This document shows, in pieces, positions 7,209-15,583 of a stretch of DNA of 15,583 nucleotides. The notes under the pieces are model-generated. The model did no database searches and was not told the origin of the DNA. It worked only from the letters and a program-made list of their open reading frames with translations. This DNA is from a bacterium. Its GTDB lineage: Bacteria; Hydrothermota; Tepidihabitantia; Tepidihabitantales; Tepidihabitantaceae. The stretch lies in NCBI GenBank assembly GCA_046485285.1, contig JAWOHE010000032.1:1-15583 (forward strand). Reading direction: 5' to 3'. Both the position numbers and the translations under genes were made by a program. Numbering within the stretch: position 1 is the stretch's first letter; every line of letters begins with the position of its first letter.

Positions 7209-8303
7209 TCAGCGGTAGCTGTGCAGGCCGCGCAGCACCAGGTTGACGACCACGAAGTTGTAGAGCACCGCGAGGAAGGCGAGCGCGGTGACGGCCCGCT
7301 CGCCGCGCCGGCGGCCGAGCCGGCGCAGGACCAGTGCCAGCGCCATCAGCAGCCAGGTGACGAGCGACCAGGTTTCCTTGGGGTCCCAGGTCCAGAAGCC
7401 GGCCCAGGCCTGCTCGGCCCAGACCATCCCGAACGCGATGGCGAGGCTGAACAGCACGAAGCCGACCGGCAGGGCCGGGCCCTGGCGCGGGGAGAACACT
7501 GCCGCGGTCAGCCCGCCGTAGCCGAGGAAGGCGGCGGCGATGTGGGGCGTGAACCACGGGCCGGCGAGCGCCGGGGCAAGCGGCCGCGGCGCGGTGAGCC
7601 GGCCGGGCAGGAGCATGACGACGACTAGCAGGCCGGTCGCGATTGCCAGGCCGGGCAGGCTGGCGTCGCGGGGCGAGAGCTGGAACAGCGCGACGCAGAG
7701 CGACCAGAAGAGCAGGGCCTCGTACATCTGTGCGAAGGGGAGGCGGCCGGCGGCGACGGTCCCTGCTGCGACGAGCACGGCGACCGCGGCGAGGACCGGC
7801 AGGACCGCCAGCCGGACGCGCCGGGACCACGCGCCCGGCGGCGGGCAGGAGGCGTCCGCCCGGCCGGGCCTGAGGGCGATGATGCCTAGGCCGATTGCCG
7901 AGAGCACGGTCGCGATGATGCCGGCGAGCACCAGCGGCCAGAGCGGGAAGCGGCGCAGGACGAGGCTGACCACGGACCGGGGCGGGTCGCCGGTCAGCCC
8001 GGAGCCGAAGAGGTGGAGCCGGTGGCCGTGGGAGGACACCGGCCGGTTGACCGAGAGGTCCGCCCAGGTTGTGTCGGCTCCGGACACGAGGGTCAGCCGG
8101 CAGGAGTGGTCGCGCGGTGCGGTCGTGCCCGGATGATAGGAGGTGTGGTAGTCCGATGCGGCCAGGGTTGCGTCGAGCTGGGGCAGGTAGAGCGGCTCGC
8201 CTTCAGCGAGCTCGAGCCGCCAGTTCCGGGTCGTGAGCGCGGCGAGGACACAGGCACCGGTGAGCAGGAGCGGGCCGGCGAGGAGCGGCGCCAGTCGGCG
8301 CAT
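7209..8303 (-). CDS. ccsA: Cytochrome c biogenesis system II protein CcsA/ResC fused to a short ResB/CcsB-like segment
   Basis: WAEQAWAGFWTWDPKETWSL (WWD domain), WFTPHI, and C-terminal GLHSY. The N-terminal part (PRDHSCRLTL..LSVNRPVSSHGHRL) resembles ResB (VN.PL...G). Confidence 0.85.
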   Translation of the reverse strand: MRRLAPLLAGPLLLTGACVLAALTTRNWRLELAEGEPLYLPQLDATLAASDYHTSYHPGTTAPRDHSCRLTLVSGADTTWADLSVNRPVSSHGHRLHLFGSGLTGDPPRSVVSLVLRRFPLWPLVLAGIIATVLSAIGLGIIALRPGRADASCPPPGAWSRRVRLAVLPVLAAVAVLVAAGTVAAGRLPFAQMYEALLFWSLCVALFQLSPRDASLPGLAIATGLLVVVMLLPGRLTAPRPLAPALAGPWFTPHIAAAFLGYGGLTAAVFSPRQGPALPVGFVLFSLAIAFGMVWAEQAWAGFWTWDPKETWSLVTWLLMALALVLRRLGRRRGERAVTALAFLAVLYNFVVVNLVLRGLHSYR

Positions 8304-9112
8304 CAGCGAACCAGTTGGACCTTGACCACCTCGCTGACTTCTTCACCGAGCCGGACGAAGTAGCTCGCCTCCGGCACCGGCCTGCCGGTGCGGTCGGTGC
8401 CGTCCCAGACCGCGAGGAGCAGGTCGCCGTCGGCCCGGGGTCGGAGCGTCCGGACCAGCGTCCCGGTCGCGGAGTAGACCCGGACCGGCTCCGGCCCGGT
8501 CCCGCGGTAGCGGATAATGACACGGTTGCGGGCCGGGTTGAGGTAGTACCAGCCGTAACGCTGAGGCGGCCGTTGTTCGGCGACCCCGGTCCCCTCACCG
8601 ATAGCCAGGCTGGCGGCGAGCGAGTAGTCGCCGGAGGTCGAACCGTTGTTGTTACAGGCGTTGCCGCACCAGTGGAAGGTGACCGGCCCGGTACCAGCGG
8701 GCGGCGCGCGCCAGCCGATGCCCCAGCTCGCTGCGGCCGCGCCCGCGAACGTGCCGGCGAGGGTCTGCTTCAGGTACTGGCGGCCGGCGGCGGTGCTGAA
8801 CTGGGTGTTGGGCGTGTCGATGACAAAGAGCCGGCCGGCCGAGTCGCCGCCGGCGGTCAGCGCGGTGAGCTCGAAGCCCCAGCGGCGCTGGCTGCCGTGG
8901 CGGATGGTCAGCTCGAGCCGGTAGCTCGAGTCCGGGACGTAGCTGCCGCCCGGGAACCCGCTGAGCGAGGTCGAGTCGCCCGAGCCGGTGAACTGGTGGC
9001 AGTCGGCGCAGACGCCCTCGCCGGGCGCGCCGGTCTTCCGGTCAGGCGGGCCGGAGGAATAGCCGAAGGCAAGCGCCAGAGCCAGGGCGAGGACCGGGAG
9101 AGCGCGCCGCAC
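8303..9112 (-). CDS. Secreted Reeler/choice-of-anchor-V-like protein with CxxCH heme motif and FlgD/CTD C-terminus
   Basis: Signal peptide; SSGPP..TGAPGEGVCADCH; GFELTAL; WRAPPAGTGPVTF; tail TGVAEQ..NPAR..VYSATGTLVRTL..WDGTDRTGRPV..YFVRL. The stop overlaps the next ATG (TGATG). Confidence 0.8.
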   Translation of the reverse strand: MRRALPVLALALALAFGYSSGPPDRKTGAPGEGVCADCHQFTGSGDSTSLSGFPGGSYVPDSSYRLELTIRHGSQRRWGFELTALTAGGDSAGRLFVIDTPNTQFSTAAGRQYLKQTLAGTFAGAAAASWGIGWRAPPAGTGPVTFHWCGNACNNNGSTSGDYSLAASLAIGEGTGVAEQRPPQRYGWYYLNPARNRVIIRYRGTGPEPVRVYSATGTLVRTLRPRADGDLLLAVWDGTDRTGRPVPEASYFVRLGEEVSEVVKVQLVR

Positions 9113-9115
9113 CGG

Positions 9116-9466
9116 CTAGTTGTCCTTCGCTCCCCTGGCAATCCAGTTGCGGACGGTCGCGACCTTCGAGCTGTCCCAGCGCCCGGTCGGCGGCATCGTC
9201 CCTTCGTCGAGCCGGCGGTGAAGCTCGCTCGCTCCCGGGTTGCCGGCGATGACGTTGGCGATGGTGTCGGTGCCGGCGCCGAGCGCGCCGGCGCGGCTGG
9301 CGAGGTCGTAGTCGGCCGCGGGCGAGCCGCCGCCGTGACAGCCGACACAGCTTGAGTTGAAGAGCGGCTGGACGTCGCCAGCGTAAGACGGGTCGTCCTT
9401 GGTCGGGCCGGACTCCTGGCAGGCCGCCAGGAGCAGTAACGCGAGCAACGCGACCGGAATACGCAT
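9116..9466 (-). CDS. Monoheme cytochrome c lipoprotein (Planctomycete cytochrome C-like)
   Basis: RBS GAGGAGG; lipobox LLLAA-C; DVQPLFNSSCVGCHG; G.P..S.L...L...MPP (Met ligand); NWIARGA. Confidence 0.88.
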   Translation of the reverse strand: MRIPVALLALLLLAACQESGPTKDDPSYAGDVQPLFNSSCVGCHGGGSPAADYDLASRAGALGAGTDTIANVIAGNPGASELHRRLDEGTMPPTGRWDSSKVATVRNWIARGAKDN

Positions 9467-9496
9467 CGAGCCTCCTCGGGTTGTGCGCACGGCGAC

Positions 9497-9526
9497 ATTG
9501 TAGCCGGGTCGGGGCGGACGTGTCAA
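9497..9526 (-). promoter_or_regulatory. sigma70-type promoter of the cytochrome operon
   Basis: Minus strand TTGACA (9526-9521), 18 nt, TACAAT (9502-9497). Confidence 0.7.
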
Positions 9527-9527
9527 G

Positions 9528-10976
9528 TCAGGCGTCAAGATTGAACGATACCATCGTGATGTCGGTCATCTCCTCGACCGCGAAGCGGGGGCCCTCGCGG
9601 CCGAGGCCGGAGTCGCGAATGCCGCCGTAGGGCTGGTGGTCGGCGCGGAAGGTCGCCGAGTCGTTGACATAGATGTTGCCGGCCTCGACTTTCTCGGCCG
9701 CCCGGAGGGCACGGCCGACGTCGCGGGTGAAGACCCCGCAGGCGAGGCCGTACTCCCGGCTGCCGGCCCTCGAGCCGTGGTTGAACGCCTCGACGCCATC
9801 GGCGAAGTCGGTGAAGGTCTCGATGGTCACGACCGGGGCGAAGGTTTCCTCGCAGACGACCGGCATCTCCGGGTCAACCCGGTCGAGGACGGTCGGGAGC
9901 ATCACCGGGCCCTCGGCCGTGCCGCCGCAGAGGACGCGGGCGCCGGCGGACCGCGCCGCCTCGACGAGCGCGAGGCCGCGCTCGAGCGCCGGGCGGTCGA
10001 TCATCGGGCCGATTTCGGTCGCGGCCAGGGCCGGGTCGCCGCGGCGGAGCCGCTCCGCGCCCGCGACGAGGCGGCCGGCGAACTCGCCGGCGATGTCCTC
10101 GTGCAGGTAGAGCCGCTGGGTGTGGATGCAGACCTGGCCCGAGTAGGCGAACGCGCCGACGAGACAGCGGGCGAGCGCGACCTCGAGGTTGGCGGTCTCG
10201 TCGACGATCGCGCCCGAGTTCGAGCCGAGTTCGAGCGCGACCCGCTTGAGGCCGCAGCCGGCCCTGATCGCCTCGCCGACGTCGGCCGAGCCGGTGAAGC
10301 TGACCATCCGGACCCGCGAGTCGCAGACCAGCGCCCGGCCGACCGCGCCGCCCGGGCCGATGACGACGTTGAGCGCGGCGGGCGGGAGGCCGGATTCGAG
10401 CAGGAGCAGGCCGAGGCGGAGGGCGGTGAGCGGGGTCGCGCTCGCCGGCTTGAGGACGACCGCGTTGCCGGCCGCGAGCGCGGGCGCGACCTTGTGGCAG
10501 GCGAGGTTGAGCGGGAAGTTGAAGGGCGTGACCGCGGCGATGACGCCGAGCGGTCGGCGGGCGAAGTAGCCGCGCCGGTGTTCGGAGCCGCGCGCGGCGT
10601 CCATCGGGACGGTCTCGCCGTGGATGCGCCGGGCCTCCTCGGCCGCGAAGCGGATCGTCTCCTCGGACCGGCCGACCTCGGCGGCGGCGTAGCGCCGGGG
10701 CTTGCCCGACTCGGCGATGATGCCGTCGGTCAGGGCCTCGGCGTGGTGCCGGACGAGGTCGGCGGCGCGGTTGAGGATGCGGCCGCGCTCGTGGGCCGGG
10801 AGCCGGGCCATTTCCCGCGCGCCCTCGCCGGCGGCGGCGACCGCGGCCGCGACGTCCTCATCGTCGGCGACCGCGACCTCGGCAACCGTCGTGCCGTCCC
10901 AGGGGTTGCGGACGGCCAGCTTCCGGGCCCGTTCGTGCCAGGCCCCGGCGATGAGGAGACCGGTAGGGGCTTCCAC
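9528..10976 (-). CDS. Aldehyde dehydrogenase family protein
   Basis: TPFNFPLN, LKPA, FTGS, LELGSN (catalytic Glu), SGQVC (catalytic Cys), EETFAPV, PYGGIRDSGLGREG. Confidence 0.95.
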   Translation of the reverse strand: MEAPTGLLIAGAWHERARKLAVRNPWDGTTVAEVAVADDEDVAAAVAAAGEGAREMARLPAHERGRILNRAADLVRHHAEALTDGIIAESGKPRRYAAAEVGRSEETIRFAAEEARRIHGETVPMDAARGSEHRRGYFARRPLGVIAAVTPFNFPLNLACHKVAPALAAGNAVVLKPASATPLTALRLGLLLLESGLPPAALNVVIGPGGAVGRALVCDSRVRMVSFTGSADVGEAIRAGCGLKRVALELGSNSGAIVDETANLEVALARCLVGAFAYSGQVCIHTQRLYLHEDIAGEFAGRLVAGAERLRRGDPALAATEIGPMIDRPALERGLALVEAARSAGARVLCGGTAEGPVMLPTVLDRVDPEMPVVCEETFAPVVTIETFTDFADGVEAFNHGSRAGSREYGLACGVFTRDVGRALRAAEKVEAGNIYVNDSATFRADHQPYGGIRDSGLGREGPRFAVEEMTDITMVSFNLDA

Positions 10977-10984
10977 CTGGCGAG

Positions 10985-11013
10985 AGGATAGACCCGGCGG
11001 GCCCGGCTGTCAA
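10985..11013 (-). promoter_or_regulatory. sigma70-type promoter for the aldehyde dehydrogenase, probably leaderless
   Basis: Minus strand TTGACA (11013-11008), 17 nt, TATCCT (10990-10985), then 8 nt to GTG 10976. No SD. Confidence 0.6.
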
Positions 11014-11024
11014 TCGGCCCGCCA

Positions 11025-11052
11025 TTGACGCGGCCGCTGTGGGCCGTATAAT
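11025..11052 (+). promoter_or_regulatory. sigma70-type promoter for tRNA-Val (and possibly groESL)
   Basis: TTGACG, 16 nt, TATAAT, ending 10 nt before the tRNA. Confidence 0.75.
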
Positions 11053-11062
11053 CAGCGCAGAC

Positions 11063-11136
11063 GGGCGATTAGCTCAGTTGGCTAGAGCGCCTCCCTTACA
11101 AGGAGGAGGTCATCTGTTCAATTCAGATATCGCCCA
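11063..11136 (+). tRNA. tRNA-Val (anticodon TAC), CCA not encoded
   Basis: Acceptor GGGCGAT/ATCGCCC+A; D arm GCTC/GAGC; anticodon arm CCTCC-CTTACAA-GGAGG; T arm ATCTG-TTCAATT-CAGAT. Confidence 0.97.
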
Positions 11137-11318
11137 CTCCGCGCAAGTGACGTCTATCTGGGCGGTTGCGGCGGCAGCAGTCTCGAAGGAGAATCCCGAC
11201 GGCTTACGCGGTTGTCTAAATAAACGGCAGTGAGCACAGCAGCGACCCGTCTTGGCCGGACGATAGTGCGGCCGCGGCGGTTCGGATTCACACCAGAAAC
11301 TCAATCCAAGGAGGAGTC

Positions 11319-11612
11319 ATGAAGGTGAAACCGCTGCACGACCGGATCCTCGTCGAACGCATCGAGGAGGAGGTACGCAAGGGCGGTATCATCATCCCGG
11401 ATACCGCCAAGGAAAAGCCTCAGCAGGGCAAGGTCATCGCCGTCGGCCCGGGCCGGGTCGATGACGACGGCAAGCGGATTGCGCTCGACGTCAAGAAGGG
11501 CGACCACATCCTGTTCGGCAAGTACTCCGGGAACGAGATCCGCGTCGGCGACGAGGAGTACCTGATCATGCGCGAGGACGACATCCTCGCAATCATCGAG
11601 AAGGAGAAGTAA
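11319..11612 (+). CDS. groES: Co-chaperonin GroES
   Basis: [47 protein letters not shown]. Confidence 0.99.
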   Translation: MKVKPLHDRILVERIEEEVRKGGIIIPDTAKEKPQQGKVIAVGPGRVDDDGKRIALDVKKGDHILFGKYSGNEIRVGDEEYLIMREDDILAIIEKEK

Positions 11613-11615
11613 GCG

Positions 11616-13259
<1,644 letters not shown>

Positions 13260-13271
13260 CCCGATTCAGCC

Positions 13272-13303
13272 GCGGGGGGCGGGTCGTGCCCGCCCCCCGC
13301 TTC
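13272..13303 (+). terminator. Strong GC hairpin after groEL (terminator or stabiliser)
   Basis: GCGGGGGGCGGG-TCGTG-CCCGCCCCCCGC is a perfect 12-bp stem, followed by only TT. Confidence 0.6.
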
Positions 13304-13306
13304 CCG

Positions 13307-13615
13307 ATGCCGACCTACGAGTACCGGTGCCGCAAGTGCGGGCACCGCTTCGACGTCTTCCAGCGGATCGTCGACCCGCCGGTGAAGAACTGTCCGAAGT
13401 GTCACAGGAAGGACTCGGTCGAGCAACTCATCTCCGGAGGTTCGGGGCTCATCTTCAAGGGCTCCGGCTTCTACATCACCGACTACAGGAACAAGTCCGG
13501 CGCGGGCGGCGGGGAGACCGGGGGAGACGCCGGCAAGCCGTCGGGGTCCGCGACCGCCACGCCTGCGGGTGACAAGCCGGTCAAGGGCGGCGGCAAGTCC
13601 GACTCCGCAGAGTAG
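13307..13615 (+). CDS. FmdB family zinc-ribbon regulatory protein
   Basis: MPTYEYRCRKCGHRF...CPKC...LIFKGSGFYITDY followed by a low-complexity tail. Confidence 0.93.
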   Translation: MPTYEYRCRKCGHRFDVFQRIVDPPVKNCPKCHRKDSVEQLISGGSGLIFKGSGFYITDYRNKSGAGGGETGGDAGKPSGSATATPAGDKPVKGGGKSDSAE

Positions 13616-13892
13616 CCGGTTCTGCGGGCCCGACTTCTCGTCGGTCACGGCCGACATTGCGGTTCAACCGGATGTCGTGGTCTGCCCTGTCTTGAGCACC
13701 ACCGGTTGGGGTCAGGCACGGCGGCGCGGCCGCAGCGGGCTCGGGATTGACAGGGTTCGCTTGCAGGTGCATCCCAGATTCTGCTACCCGTGACCACCCC
13801 CGTACACGACTCTGGGGCCGGCCGGATGTTCAGCGGCGTAATGCCCGGTCGGTCAACCGGTTAAGCGGTCGCAAGACCCTCGTGCGTGCCGG

Positions 13893-13920
13893 TTGACACC
13901 GGCCGCGTTTTCGCTACTAT
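13893..13920 (+). promoter_or_regulatory. rRNA operon promoter
   Basis: TTGACA, 16 nt, TACTAT upstream of the 16S leader. Confidence 0.75.
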
Positions 13921-13936
13921 TAGTCACAGAGTTATC

Positions 13937-13948
13937 GCTCTTTGATAA
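13937..13948 (+). promoter_or_regulatory. boxA antitermination site in the rrn leader
   Basis: GCTCTTTGATAA compared with consensus GCTCTTTAACAA, located between the promoter and 16S. Confidence 0.7.
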
Positions 13949-14005
13949 TTCGGATGTAACCCAAAGCGTGTTCGGGCCGTGCTTAATTCCTACTCCAAGA
14001 TTATT

Positions 14006-15553
<1,548 letters not shown>

Positions 15554-15583
15554 CTAAGAGAATACGCATGGCCCGAACACGCT

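Noticed and set aside
6052-7830. 592-aa ORF as one protein
   Set aside because: Only the last 142 aa (OsmC, with its own RBS and GTG at 6480) look real. The rest is an off-frame shadow over the barrel and ccsA genes.
13748-13776. Second rrn promoter (TTGACA at 13748)
   Set aside because: No acceptable -10 hexamer at 16-18 nt spacing.

Overview
High-GC bacterial window. The C-terminal secretion-type domains, LVIVD repeats and divergent 16S suggest an FCB-related candidate lineage such as WOR-3, but this is inference. From left to right it holds: (1) a consensus sigma70 promoter driving a secreted jelly-roll protein whose frame runs through an in-frame TGA (972-974) that is followed by an fdhF-like SECIS hairpin, i.e. 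a probable new selenoprotein with a T9SS-type C-terminal sorting domain (CTD), then a 14-repeat LVIVD beta-propeller protein with a CTD; (2) a hicB-hicA toxin-antitoxin module between two 90-bp direct repeats; (3) a 12-bp quasi-palindromic tandem array ending in a G-quadruplex motif; (4) a DUF2284 gene and an orphan CTD remnant; (5) a minus-strand operon of lipoprotein cytochrome c, CxxCH/Reeler-like CTD protein, ResB-CcsA fusion, DUF5777-like beta-barrel and OsmC; (6) an aldehyde dehydrogenase, tRNA-Val(TAC), groES-groEL, an FmdB zinc ribbon and a complete 16S rRNA gene with mismatches to standard primers. The top findings are the candidate secreted selenoprotein and the self-contained cytochrome/porin operon.
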